Assembly: GCF_004010195.1 (NCBI RefSeq)
Contig: NW_025215344.1
Location: forward strand, 32,625-96,624
DNA length: 64,000 bases
Source of the DNA: Chiloscyllium plagiosum
Taxonomy: Eukaryota
Reading direction: 5' to 3'
In this document: in pieces, positions 12,822 to 24,950 of the stretch
Position numbering within the stretch: the first letter of the stretch is position 1
Layout: each line of letters begins with the position of its first letter
The notes under the pieces: model-generated
What the model was told of the DNA's origin: nothing
What the model saw: only the letters and a program-made list of their open reading frames with translations
The model's database searches: none
Program-made: the position numbers and the translations under genes

Positions 12822-14370
12822 GCCGTGATGGTTACTGTACAGTGGGAATTTCAGGCCGTGATGGTGACTGTACAGTTGGAGGTATGTCGGGACGTCATGG
12901 TTACTGTACAGTGGGAGGTATGTCGGGCCGTGTTGGTTAATGTACAGTGGGTGGGATGTTGGGCCGTGATGGTTATTGTACAGTGGGGGGTATGTCGGGC
13001 CGTGATGGTTCCTGTACAGAGGGAGGTATGTCGGGCCGTGACGGTTACTGTACAGTGGGGGGTATGTCGGGCCATGATGGTTACTGTACAGTGGGAGGTA
13101 TGTCGGGCCGTGATGGTTACTGTACAGTGGAAGGTATGTCAGGCCGTGATGGTTACTGTTCAATGGGAGGTATATCAGGCCGTGATGGTTACTGTACAGT
13201 GAGAGGTATGTCAGGCCGTGATGGTTACTGTACAGTGGGGGGTATGTCGGGCAGTGATGGTTACTGTTCAGTGGGAGGTATGTCGGGCCGTGATGGTTAC
13301 TGTACAGTGGGAGGTATGTCAGGCCGTAATGGTTAATGTACAGTGGGAGGTATGTCGGGTCGTAATGGTTAATGTACAGTGGGTGGGATGTCGGGCCGTG
13401 ATGGTTACTGTACAGTGGGAGGTATGTCGGGCTGTGACGGTTACTGTACAGTGCGAGGTATGTCGGGCAGTGATGGTTACTGTACAGTGGGGGATATGTT
13501 GTGTCGTGTTGCTTACTGTACAGTGGGTGGGATGTTGGGCCATGATGCTTACTGTACAGTGGGAGGTATTTGGGGCCATGATGGTTACTGTACAGCGGGA
13601 GGTATTTGGGGCCGTGATGGGGGGGTATGTAGGGTTGTGATGGTTACTGTACAGTGGGGGGGTATATTGAGCCGTGATGGTTACTGTACAGTGGGGGAGT
13701 ATGTAGGGCCATGGTGTTAACTGTGCAATGGGAGGGATGTCGGACCGTGATAGTTACTGTACAGTGGGAGGTATGTCGGGCAGTGAATGCGACTACTCAG
13801 TGGGAGGTATATGGGCCGTGAAGGGTACCATACACTGGGAGGTATTTGAGGCTGTGACGGTAACTGTACAGTGGGAGGTATGTCGTGCCGTGATGCTTAC
13901 TGTACAGTGGGAGGTATGTCGAGCCGTAATGGTTAATGTACAGTGGGTGGGATGTCGGGCCGTGATCGTTACTGTACAGTGGGAGGTATGTCATGCCGTG
14001 TTGCTTACTGTACAGTGGGAGGTATGTCGGGCCGTGATCGTTACTGTACAGTGGGAGGTATGTCATGCCGTGTTGCTTACTGTGCAGTAGGAGGTATGTC
14101 GGGCCGTGATGGTTACTGTGCAGTGGGAGGTATGTCGGGCCGTGATGGTTACTGTACAGTGGGGGGTATGTCGGGCCGTGATGGTTACTGTACAGTAGGA
14201 GATATGTCGGGCCGTGACGGTTACTGTGGAGTGGGAGATATGTTGGGCCGTGACGGTTACTGTGCAGTGGGAGGTATGTTGGGCCGTGATGGTTACTGTA
14301 CAGTGGGAGGTATGTCGGGCCGTGACGGTTACTGTACAGTGGGAGGTAAGTCAGGCCGTGATGGTCACTG
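12822..14370. repeat. 36-bp minisatellite, about 43 copies, unit gccgtgatggttactgtacagtgggaggtatgtcgg
   Basis: Head-to-tail units without spacers; 12-aa periodicity in all overlapping ORFs; internal palindrome actgtacagt. Confidence 0.97.
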
Positions 14371-14465
14371 GAGGAGAAAGTGAGGTCTGCAGATGCTGGA
14401 GATCAAAGTTGAAACTTTATTGCTGGAACAGCACAGCAGGTCAGGCAGCATCCAGGGAACAGGAG

Positions 14466-14501
14466 ATTCGACGTTTCGGGCACAGGCCCTTCTTCAGGAA
14501 T
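14466..14501 (-). ncRNA. Minimal type I hammerhead ribozyme motif
   Basis: Reverse complement attc-CTGAAGA-a-gggc ctgt gccc-GAAAC-GTC-gaat, with stem I attc/gaat and stem II gggc/gccc. Confidence 0.75.
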
Positions 14502-14768
14502 GAGCAGAGAGTGTTCAGCAGGAGAAGATAAAAGGTAGGGAGGAGGGACTTGGAGGAGGGGAGTTGGAAATGTGATAGGTGGAAAGAGGTCAAGGTGAGG
14601 GTGATAGGTCGGAGTAGGGTGGAGGCGGAGAGGTCAACAAGAAGACTGCAGGTCAGGAAGGCGACGTGGTCGACGGTGCCCTCCACCGCATCTCCTCCAC
14701 TTCCAACTCCCCTCCTCCAAGTCCCTCCTCCCTACCTTTTATCTTCTCCTGCTGAACACTCTCTGCTC

Positions 14769-14804
14769 ATTCCTGAAGAAGGGCCTGTGCCCGAAACGTC
14801 GAAC
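14769..14804 (+). ncRNA. Minimal type I hammerhead ribozyme motif
   Basis: attc-CTGAAGA-a-gggcctgtgccc-GAAAC-GTC-gaac. Confidence 0.7.
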
Positions 14805-15217
14805 CTCCTGTTCCCTGGATGCTGCCTGACCTGCAAGCACCTCAAAGTGAAATTCACCTTTCTGTACAATCTGCTTGAGATATTGTCTCGGAAAATGACA
14901 TTTGAATTTATGCGAGGATGCAGATACTGTGGTGATGAAGGGATATCACATACGTCAGTAATAATACTTGGTCTGAGAATTAGTTCAGTTACTTAAATAT
15001 GACTAATCACATAGTTTAATGTAATCTATCTGCTTCTGAAATGCCCTTAATCTTTGAAACAATTCTGGCATGCAGTATATCAGATATTTGACAAGTACAT
15101 TTTGGACTTCATATGATTTATTTCATTGCAGTCATAATGGATCAACCCATACAATTTATAGACAAACCGAACAACTCAGTATAATAATATGCATTATATC
15201 TGATACTTTATTAATTA

Positions 15218-15570
15218 AGATGCACTGCAGAAACTCACTAAGGCTGCTTTGATAGCATCTTCCAAACCCATGACCTCTTACCATAAGAAGGACAAGGGCA
15301 GCAGATACATTGGAACACCACCACCACTTTCAAGTTCCCCTGCAAGCCACAGCCCATCTTGACTTGGAATGATACCAACATTCCTTCATTGTTACTGGGT
15401 CAATATCCTGGAACTCTCTCCCCAAGGGCATTGTGGGTCTACCCACAGCACATGGACTGCAGCGGTTCAAGAAGGCAGCTCACCCCCACCTTCTCAAGGG
15501 GCAACTAGCGATGGGCAATAAATGCTGGATCCTGCCAGTGACAACCAGAACCTATGAATGAACTAAACAA
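15218..15570 (+). mobile_element. L2/CR1-superfamily LINE 3' end (well preserved)
   Basis: agaaggacaagggcagcagatac..tcctggaactctctccc..ggttcaagaaggcagctcac..gggcaataaatgctgg followed by an A-rich tail. Confidence 0.75.
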
Positions 15571-15674
15571 AATGAAAAGTTTGAAAATGTTCATCCCAAC
15601 CCCCTAACGATTGGCAAGAAAAATCAATCTGCTGTGGAGATGGCTAAGTACAAACCATGAATTTGTTCAAAAAA

Positions 15675-15797
15675 ACCGAGAGAACTGCAGATGCTGGAAG
15701 TTGGACACAAAAACATAAAAATGTTAGCAGGTCTGGCAGCATTTGTGGAGAGAAATCAAAGTACACCTTTCGGGTCCAGTCACCCTTCTTCAGAATG
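15675..15797 (-). mobile_element. Penelope-like element terminal fragment (second family) with hammerhead-like core
   Basis: Reverse complement contains ctgaagaagggtgactggacccgaaag followed by atgctgccagacctgct. Confidence 0.6.
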
Positions 15798-16230
15798 GGT
15801 CTGAACTGAACTTGTTCAGGTATCACCAGCTCTCCTCTTTACTTCCTTCAGCTCTACTGGAATCTGAGATCCTCACAGTTTTCCAACTCTGGTCTCTCTG
15901 GCTCCTCCCTGATTTTAATTGCCCCCACCATTTTCAGCCCTGTCATCTGTTGTCTGTGTGCCAACATCTTAAAATCCACGTCTCTTCAAGGCATTCCTCC
16001 AAACCTACATTTTCGGCCAGGTTTGGGATCACCCTTTGTGCTGTCTCCTTCTGTCATTGGGCGGTGTCGAAAATCTCAAAAACATTTGTTTTTCAGTTGA
16101 TACTTCTCTTGATAAACACTTTGGCTCATTTGACTGGACCAAAAAATGGTGCTATATGAATTAAAGTTGTTAGTACTTAGAGTAGAGTCATAGAGATGTA
16201 CAGCATGGAAACAGACCCATTGGTCCAACT

Positions 16231-16640
16231 TGGTAAAAACAAGGGCTGCAGATGCTGGAAACCAGAGTCTAGGTGAGAGTGGTGCTGGAAAAGCACAGCA
16301 GGTCAGGCAGCATCCGAGGAGCAGGAAAACCGATGTTTCGGGCAGAAGCCCTTCTTCAGGAAAGTGTGTCCGGCAGGCTAAGATAAAAGGTAGGGAGGAA
16401 AGACTGGGGGAGGGGCGTCGGAAATGCGATAGGTGGAAAGAGGTCATGGTGAGGGTGATAGGTCAGACTGGGGTGGGGGCGGAGAGGTCAGGAAGAAGAT
16501 TGCAGGTTCGGAAGGCGGTGCTGAGTTCGATGGATTTGACTGAGACAAGGTGGGCGGAGGGGAAATGAGGAAACTGGTGAAATCTGAGTTCATCCCTTGT
16601 GGTTGGAGGGTTCCGAGGCGGAAGATGAGGCAGACATTCA
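16231..16640 (-). mobile_element. Penelope-like element 3' end with GIY-YIG C-terminus and hammerhead motif
   Basis: Minus ORF LIFRLGTLQPQGMNSDFTSF; reverse complement ctgaagaagggcttctgcccgaaacatc at about 16331-16362. Confidence 0.85.
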
Positions 16641-17328
16641 CTGCCTTCTGAGAGAGTTCATCATTTTTCACCTCAGATTGAAATCCATGTTCCTTATTCG
16701 GTATCTACCGCCTCGAGTTCGAGACTCAGGGGAAACACCTTCTCAGCATCTACCTAGTCAAGCTCCCTCTGTATCTTGTACATTTCAATAATATCACCCT
16801 CATTCATTTCAACCACAATGAATAATCGCCTCACCATTGGAGATGCATTCAATAATTCATTCCTTTCATCCCAGGAAGCCACCTCATGAACCAACCTAGT
16901 TACCTGCTGCATCAGCATGCTGACGTTATGATTCATACACAGGAACACTCCAAACCCTTTGTACTGCTCCTTATTTGGGAGTCCTCTTCATTAAATAACA
17001 TTTTGGTTCTCAGTGTCATCCACAAACTCGGATGGAAATTGCACTCAGCTCCCGCCGTCAGGCTATCAGTTATTTACAGCTGATGCCATCGGCCTGATAT
17101 TTGTGGTAATCCAATAGATCCATCTTTATAATCAAGATCCATTAATCCTGACTCTCCGATTTCTATGTGTTAAACAACTATCATCCCATGCTAATATATT
17201 ATTCATCATACTACGAGCCTCTGTCACGTGTCAGAACGTTTATTTTGTGATACCTTGTGAAAAATCTCTGGAAAGCCTCATGTTGATCAGTTCCCTTTAT
17301 CAAATCTGATTGTCACTTTCTCAGGGAT

Positions 17329-17423
17329 TCCTGATGAAGGGCTCCTGCCGAAACATTAATTTTCCTGCTCCTTGGATGCTGCCTGACATGCTGTGCTTTT
17401 TCAGCATAGCTCTAATCTTGACA
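17329..17423 (+). mobile_element. Short PLE terminal insertion with 11-bp TSD inside CR1 debris
   Basis: ttctcagggat at 17318-17328 and 17424-17434; insert begins tcctgatgaagggctcctgccgaaac. Confidence 0.7.
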
Positions 17424-18989
17424 TTCTCAGGGATCTCCAAAAATAATTTGTATGATTTTACAGGACAAAAATAGTTTCCCCTTCACAAACCATGCCAACT
17501 CTCCATTAAGTTTTTCGAAGTGACCTGCAATTCCTTCCTTAATAACAGGTTCTAGCAGATTCCCAGCAATAATGGTTAGGCTAAATTGTTCCTGCCCTCT
17601 GTCTCATTCCTTTCTTGAAGACAGGCGCCATATTGGAGGTTCTCCAGTTTCACTAGAACACTCCTGTAATCCAGAGAATTAAGGGATATTTCACACAGTG
17701 CCGCAAGTCACTCTGTGACCACTTTTAAAATTAACTATGAATTACTGCTGACCTGTCTATCTTTATTCTTATCTGTTAGTTAAAAACTTTGCTCCTTTTG
17801 TTAGAGACAGTTCAAGAACTGCCCTCTTATTACCATTTTGTTTATACCATTGACATGCTTGCAGTGCCTTCCCCATGTGGAAATACTGTTGTAAATTATC
17901 TGCCTGTTCCCTGTGGCCAGTTCTCCAGTCACCCCCTCCAAAGGCCTCAATGTACTTTCCTCACTTCACTTCTGACTCAGCTCACACACACATCTTCAAG
18001 CTTTTCTTATGTAGACAAAAAAGCTCATGATGCTTGTTTTTATATTTCTTGCCAATTCATTACATCTTATCTTTTCGTACATTTTCCTCGCTTTCTAGAT
18101 TCATAGTCATATCATGCGCAAACAGAACATTTGGTCCAACTTGTCCATGCTGATCAGATTTTCTAAATTAAATTAATTCCATCTGCTTGCACTTGGCCCA
18201 TATGCCTCTTCACGTTTCCCGTTCATACGTTGGTCCAAATGTCTTTGAAATATTGTAGCTGTACTTGTTCCTCTGGCAGCTTATTCCATACAGACATCAC
18301 CCTCTGTGTAAAAAAAGTTGCCCCTTTGTCCCTTTCAAGTTTCCCCCTTTTCAACTTAAAGCTGTGCATCTGTGTTTGAATTCCCCGATTCTGCAGAAAA
18401 GACCTTGGCTATTCACCCTCTCCATGCCTCCCATGATATTATAAACTTCTAGTATGCCACCCCTCAATAGCGAAGGATACTGGAACTAAAAACACAAAAA
18501 ATGCTGGAGAAAGTGACAGCTTCGTAAAAGGGTCACTGTACCTGAAAAATCAACTCCGCATTCACTACAGAAGATGCTGCCAGACCTGCTTTGTTTCTTC
18601 AACAATTTCTGTTTTTAAACAAGTTCCAATGAGGTGTGTGAAAGCTGCTCAAACGCCCTGTCCAACATGAAGGGCCATACACTGGGAACTGAACGATACC
18701 GCAAAGTTCACACATTCATTGGCTCTGAAACTGCAAAAGGCTGGCATCACTGACACCACAGAGCTCTTAAATCATGGTCAGGGAGAAAACAAGAGGGAAA
18801 CACACTCAATTCAAACGCAGAAGATGGCATTACGAGAAAGGAAAAGATTCAGATGAATATGTTAAAGGATTTGAGTAATGTAACAAATTAGAAGCATGAC
18901 ACCAAGGAGAGACCCTCAGCAGAATGAGAATATTAAAATCGAAGTATTCCTGCATCAGACAACAGGTGAGGTCACTGAGTTCACGGCTG

Positions 18990-19810
18990 ATAGGTGAAAG
19001 GGTCTCGATGTGAATTGGGCCAGTCAGTACAAGTGAATTGCAGATATTGCAGCTCAACCTGGGCATTCATGTGATGCTGTAGACAACAGCAGCAACAGAA
19101 GCAGGATTGTCTTCAAACATAGACTGATGGAATATCCTGGGGAAAATGTTACAGATTATAAGTACCATCAAGCCGAGTGATGGTTCAGTGACGAGTGTGG
19201 GTGACCATGCCAAGGTCAGAACCATGTGTACCTAAAGCTGATGACAAACCATTAAAGCTACCGCACTTGAGTGGTTTCATTCCAAACAGCAGAACTAACA
19301 TCTTATAGAGAGGACAAAATGATCCCAAGACCAACAGATCAGATCTAAGCTCTGCAGTGCTGCCACATCCAGACATAAATGTTGGTGTACTATTAAACAA
19401 CTTACTGGAGGAGAGGACTCCAGAAATATCCCCATCTTTTGTAATGGAACAGCCCTGCACAACATTTACAGTGAAAAAGAGAAGGATGGAGTATCTGCGC
19501 CATCCTCAGCCAGAGGTTTTGAATGGATGATGCACCTCACCCTCGTCATGATGCCCACAGAATCACAGATGGCAGTGTTCAACCAATTTGATTCGCTGCA
19601 TGTGACACGAGGAAACAGCTGAACCCAGCAGATACGACAAAGGCATTGGGCCCTGACCCCATCCCTGCAATAGGACTGAAGACTTGTGCTGCACAACAAG
19701 CTGTGTCCCTGGGGAAGCTGCTTCATTCCAGCTCCAACTCTGACAACTCCCTGGCAATGTGGAAAAGTACTCAACTATATCCCGTCCCCTAATGGATGAA
19801 TAATTGCATT
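18990..19810 (+). mobile_element. L2/CR1-superfamily LINE ORF2 internal fragment
   Basis: aagctctgcagtgctgccacatcc..attaaacaacttactggagga..atatccccatc..ccctgcaatag.actgaagacttgtgct, recognised as a common shark LINE. Confidence 0.6.
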
Positions 19811-19929
19811 CTGACAATTTAACACTCCCTCAGTTCCTTCACAATAATCAAATTGGTGAGAGGTCTTTTTGGCAGGGCTGTCAAGCAGTACAGAAATAAC
19901 CTGCGCAGTGTGGTTTCGGATAGGTTCCT

Positions 19930-20400
19930 ATGTGGAGATGGTGCTGTTGTGGAAATGTCACTGGATTACGAATCCAATACAGGATAATGCTCTTGCAGCT
20001 GGTGGAAGTTATAAACAATTAATACAATATCAAGATCTAGGATCTGGTGTCAGTAACAGTGACCTTCCACCAATGTTGATTTTAAACTTCGATCTCCTAC
20101 CCCAATGTACTTTCAGGAAGTGAATCTCCTGTGTTTTCCTGGTCTGGCCGAAGAGCAACTCCAGACACAGAGACATTTGATAAACTCTTCAATGGTCTCT
20201 GAAACGGTCAAGCAAGACACTCTATTGTATCAAACTGCTCTGAGATCTGAAAAGATAAAACCGGACAGAATACCCGGCCCCAGCCTTGGTACCGGAAAAG
20301 GGAACGGGAAACACAGACCTGTTGACCCTGCAGAGACCTCACATCTGAGAGCTTGTGACAACATTTACAGAGCTTTCCCACAGACTGCACAGAAACATCG
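19930..20400 (+). mobile_element. SacSINE1-like tRNA-derived head running into a LINE 5' region
   Basis: gtggaaatgtcactggattacgaatcca head, ctggtctggcc..actccagac body, then gaccctgcagagacctc..atctgagagcttgtg, resembling the LINE ORF start. Confidence 0.5.
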
Positions 20401-20583
20401 GGAAAGGAGTCGGCCATTTGACACATTGAGCCTCCCCCATTCTAGTTCATGGAGAAAATCTCCTCAATGCAATTTTCCCGACCCAGTGTTTATATCCCTT
20501 AATATGTTTAAACACTGTGAAATATAAAATAAGAACTGCTGTAATCCCTTCGGTCCATCAATTTTGCTCCTCAATTCAATATA

Positions 20584-21176
20584 CAGGCAGTTCTCTGATA
20601 GCGCGTGTTTATTAAATACAATTTCGCTACAATGCGATTCGTGAATTGCGCACCTTTTTCTATGAAGTGAACTCCCGTTCACTGTGACACGATTCCTTGC
20701 TAGGCACTAGCTGAACAATAAAACCCAGCCTCAGGATCCTAGTCTGCAAAATGCACAATGGGTTCAGCTAAAACAGGAATGTAATCCGCTCTGCAAGCCT
20801 TGAAACTAAGCCTGAAACTGGGAATATTTGTCTATATTTAGAAAGAACTTTATTTAAAACCAGGAGAATCTTGGGGAGAACTGGGATACCGCATCAGCAT
20901 CACGTGGTCAGTCAGCCCTGAATGCCTTCTGGTGAAGAGCTTGGTGAAGGGTACAGGGCTGCCGTCAGTGACTGTAGTGTGAAATTGTTACATTAAGAGC
21001 ACTATTGCATTAAAATGTATGATTTAAAGGTTTACTTAGACTAACTTTTTTTTGGTTTTTACTGATATTTTGCGGTTTGCGCCTTTTCCCATTGGCCCCA
21101 TTGTTAATATTGCACGATTTTCTGTAATATAGTATTGCACAGGTATACAGCTACCGTGATATTGGAGAATAACCTG
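20584..21176. mobile_element. Tc1/mariner-pogo (Tigger-like) non-autonomous element
   Basis: Imperfect TIRs caggcagttctctgatagcgcg / cgtgatattggagaataacctg flanked by TA at 20582-83 and 21177-78. Confidence 0.75.
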
Positions 21177-21179
21177 TAA

Positions 21180-22990
21180 AGATATCTGATTGTCTATCTT
21201 CATACCATACTCCTGCTCTCTCCATATCCCTTTCCTGTATAGAAATCCTTATTTATATTCAGTGCCTTGGTTTACACAGCCTGATCTGGGAGACGATTCC
21301 CCAGGTTCACCAGTCTCTGAGTAAAGACATTTATGCTCATCTCAATGCAGAGTGGCCTGTCTGTATCTAATATTGTAGCCCCTTGTTTTTGATGTCCCAC
21401 CGAGGGAAATTATCACCCCTGCTTCCAATCTGACTCGTCCTGAAAGAATTTTATGTATTTCATAGAGATGTCCACACATTTTCCTCAACCCCTTGGAATG
21501 TAGGCCCAGCTGCACCAGACTCTTCACCCACAACAAGCCCGTCATTCCAGAGATCAGTCTGGTCTCCTTCGCTGCTCTCCCTCAATGTCAGGTTTGTCCT
21601 TTATAAGGCAAGGAGACCAAAACTACACATAATACTGCACAATGTTCGAAATGAGATCTCACCAAGGCCCTATACAGTTGCAGTAAAACACCCTTACTCC
21701 TGCATTCAAATTCCCCTGAAATGAAGGTGAATACACGATTTATCTGCCTATCAGCTTTCTGTTCCTGCAATATTGCTTTCAGTGACTGGTGTACAGGGAG
21801 ATCCAGATCCTTTTCAATGTTGCAGCTCCCCACTCGTTGGGTCTGTGTCTACTGGTCAGCGTGCCAATTCCATTCCCAGTATTGACTTCCTTCATCTCCT
21901 TCCCCACTGACCTATTGTACTCTATGCCACTCTCTCCCCACCCCCACCCTCCTCTAGCTTATCTCTCCACGCTTCAGGCTCTCTGCCTTTATTCCTGATG
22001 AAGGGCTTTTGCCCGAAACGTCGATTTTGCCTGTCCTCGGATGCTGCCTGATTTGCTGTGCTCTTCCAGCACCACTGATCCAGATTCTGGTTTCAGATCT
22101 CACTGCCCTGCACTGACCTCGGAGGGCTGCACAGAGGGAAACAAAAATGCAGTTTAAGTTCCTTTATAGATCAACGCTTTTCATAAAATCCCTTTTCAAA
22201 TGATCGGCTCCCATTCTGTTATTCCCACAAAGGTCACAACATCACATATCCCCCGCTCCCCCCTTGCTCTTTATCTGCCACGTATTTGTCCAGACACTCC
22301 ACTTGTCTCAATCACCTTGCAGTTTTTTTGACATCCTGCTCACCCACTCACAATCCGATATTGTTTAGTGCCATCAACAGACGAGGAAATATTGTATTTG
22401 ATTTCCTCAACCAAATATATGATGTGTATTTGGAATAGCTGGGGCCCAAGCCCCAGTCCTGCTATATCCGCCCAGGGTACCACTCGAAACAAAACTTGTT
22501 TATCCTACTCACTGCTTCCTGTCAGCTCTCCCATTCTAAAATCATATTAGTCCCAGGCCCATATGATTTTAATTTGCATAATAGGCTTGGGACTTTATCA
22601 AAAATCTTCCTGAAAATCGAATCGTATTGTATTGATTGCTTCTCCATAATTATGCTAAAAGTCACTTTCTCAAATATGATTCCCATTTGATAAATATCTT
22701 TTGACTTTGTCTGTGCTCATTACTTTCAATTCCAATACTTCCTCTAAAACTGTTTGGTTGCTAATTTCATTCTATTCTCTTTTTTTTTCAACAGACTAAT
22801 GTTTGCTAATATTGTTGGGAAGTTTTCTTTTTTGTTTTTTTTCTTCTGTGAAGACATAACTGAAGTATTTGCTCCATAGTTCTGCCTTTTCCCTGTCCTC
22901 AATTCTCTGGTATCAGACTGTAAGAAAGCTGCACCTTTTTTCCCTTCATTTTGCCATTGAAATATTTTCACAAGATATGACAAGTTCAAT
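21180..22990 (-). mobile_element. CR1 LINE ORF2 remnants, interrupted by a PLE
   Basis: Minus ORFs 21342-21545 and 21588-21833 (VLLQLYRALVRSHFEHC). Confidence 0.75.
21880..22095 (+). mobile_element. Penelope-like element 3' end with hammerhead motif (21991-22026)
   Basis: attc-CTGATGA-a-gggcttttgccc-GAAAC-GTC-gatt; same subfamily as 63108-63884. Confidence 0.8.
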
Positions 22991-23044
22991 CTTAAAATCC
23001 TTGATGGGCTTCTGAAGGAAGCCCATCAATTCCTATCTTAAGCT

Positions 23045-24315
23045 ACTCAATAATTGACCTTCCACAGACATGCAAACACAGAAGCATAGACTTTGTACCA
23101 TCAGAAATACAGCACGGTCTACATGAGCCCCACTTTCCGACACAAGACTCGTAGCCGTAAATCTTATGGCAGTTCAACTGCACAGCCGTATATTTTCTTA
23201 TGGTTGTGAAGTTACCATTACAACTCCTCTCTCAGGAGGGGCATTCCTGACCCCAACACCCTCTGGGTGAAAAACAATCCTCAATTCCTCTCCAAATCTC
23301 AAGCACATCACTTTAAAATGTGCTCCATTTGTTCTTGGTCCTTTGACTGAAAAGAACAGCTGCTGTCTATCCATGCCCCTCGGAATACTATCCTTCCGAA
23401 TCACGGCCCACTCAAGCCTTTTCTCCTCCAAACTAAACAACCCGTGCTGATCCAGCCTCTCTCCATAGCTGATTTGCTCTATCCCTGGGAACATCCTGGT
23501 GAATCTCCTCTGAGCCCCCCTCCACTACAATCAGATCCTTCCCGTAGTGTGGTTCCCAGAACTACATACAGTATTCCATCTTGGCCAAACCAAAGTTCCG
23601 CATAGCGGATGAATAAAGGTTATGTTTACGTCCCCGATGCTTTCTCAAATTGTGTATTAACCTGTTTAGTCACATTTAGGGATGTGTGGAGAAGCACCCT
23701 CTAAGCATCCTCCTGTGCTGCCATTCATTGAGTACTCCCCTGTCTGAGTACTCCCCTGTCTGGTTCCTTCTTCTAAAGTGTATCATCTCATATTTATCAG
23801 GATTACATTCCATCTGCTATTGATCTGTCCATCTGACCATTCCATCTGTATCTTCCTGTAACATAAGGCCTTCCTCCGCACTGCCAACCACCTGGCCAAT
23901 CTTTGTATCAAACACAAACTTAGTTGTCATACTCCCGCCAACCCCGTCTGTATTCAAAGCTGCACCATTTATGAGTACCACAAATAAGAAGGTTAAAGTT
24001 CACACAACACCAGGTTAAAGTCCAACAGGTTTATTCGGAGGCACTAGCTTTGAAGGGCTGCTTTTTCATCAGGTGTTATGCACTTTGAAAGCACGTGCCT
24101 CTGAATATACTTGCTGGACTATAACCTGATGTTATGTGATTTTTAGGTTTGTGCACCCCAGTCCAACACCAGCACCTCTGAATCACAAATAATAAGGGAC
24201 ACTGCACTGATCCCTGTGATACACCATTGGACACTGGTCTCCAGTCACACTAACAGCCTTCAACCACTACCCTCTGTCTCCTTACACTAAGTTGATTTGG
24301 ATGCAACTTGGCAAG
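23045..24315 (-). mobile_element. CR1 LINE 3' region, inverted paralog of about 35770-36800 and 53320-54320
   Basis: Minus ORF 23198-23494; shares the post-tail junction ctgtggaaggtcaatt.ttga..agctt.aga.agga. Confidence 0.75.
23988..24184. mobile_element. Older fold-back PLE of another family, with cacaaataa TSD
   Basis: tcacacaacaccaggtta.agtccaacagg is inverted versus gctggactataacctgatgttatgtga; extra tail of about 35 nt on the right arm. Confidence 0.7.
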
Positions 24316-24764
24316 TCACTAATGACTCCTTCCTGTTCCCTTGTTATTCTTTCCTGCTTGACACACTTGCAGAATATCTGGGGATTCTCCCTAATCTTAT
24401 CCTGCCAGCAGGTTTCTATGCTCCTGTTTTCGGCAGATGAGTTTCCTCATTATTACGGTCTTAAGTGGCCAATCCCTTATCTTGCCATTATTTGCCCTGA
24501 ATGTGGGTTGGACAGCCAGGGAAGCGTTCTGTTTATTTCCAAATTGTCATATGTTTTGTGAATTTTCCAAATTATACTGTGACCCACCTCTCATTCTTTG
24601 AAACGCTGGAGAACACAGGCTGAGTTTCCTCATCAGGCAACCTCGCCATCTGTGGCATTAATCTGGAGAACGTCCATTGCACTTTTTTTGTGGTCAGTAT
24701 ATTCTTTCTCAGATTGGGTCACCAACACTGTACACAATGGATGCAGGTTTGGAAGGTTCATTTC

Positions 24765-24950
24765 CAGACGTTTCATTGCCTTACATCTTCAGTGGACCTA
24801 AGGCGAAGCAATGCTGAAATTTCCTGCTTTCTATTTGCATGTTTGGGTTTCTTTGGGTTGTTGATGTCAATTCCTGTGGTGATGTTATTTCCTGTGGTGA
24901 AGTCACTTGCTGTTGCTTTTCTCAGGTGGTGGTAGATGGGGTCTAACAAC
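24765..24950 (-). mobile_element. PLE 3' fragment (Poseidon-like) with degenerate hammerhead
   Basis: Minus ORF LDPIYHHLRK; reverse complement ca-CTGAAGA-tgtaaggcaat-GAAAC-GTC-tg at 24765-24794. Confidence 0.6.

Larger units (their letters stand above)
14371..14834. mobile_element. Penelope-like element fold-back insertion (134-bp inverted arms)
   Basis: 14436-14569 is the reverse complement of 14701-14834; left part identical to the elements at 45623 and 55895. Confidence 0.85.

Noticed and set aside
12822..14370. CRISPR array (36-bp repeat with palindrome)
   Set aside because: Units are head-to-tail with no unique spacers, there are no cas genes, and the context is vertebrate DNA
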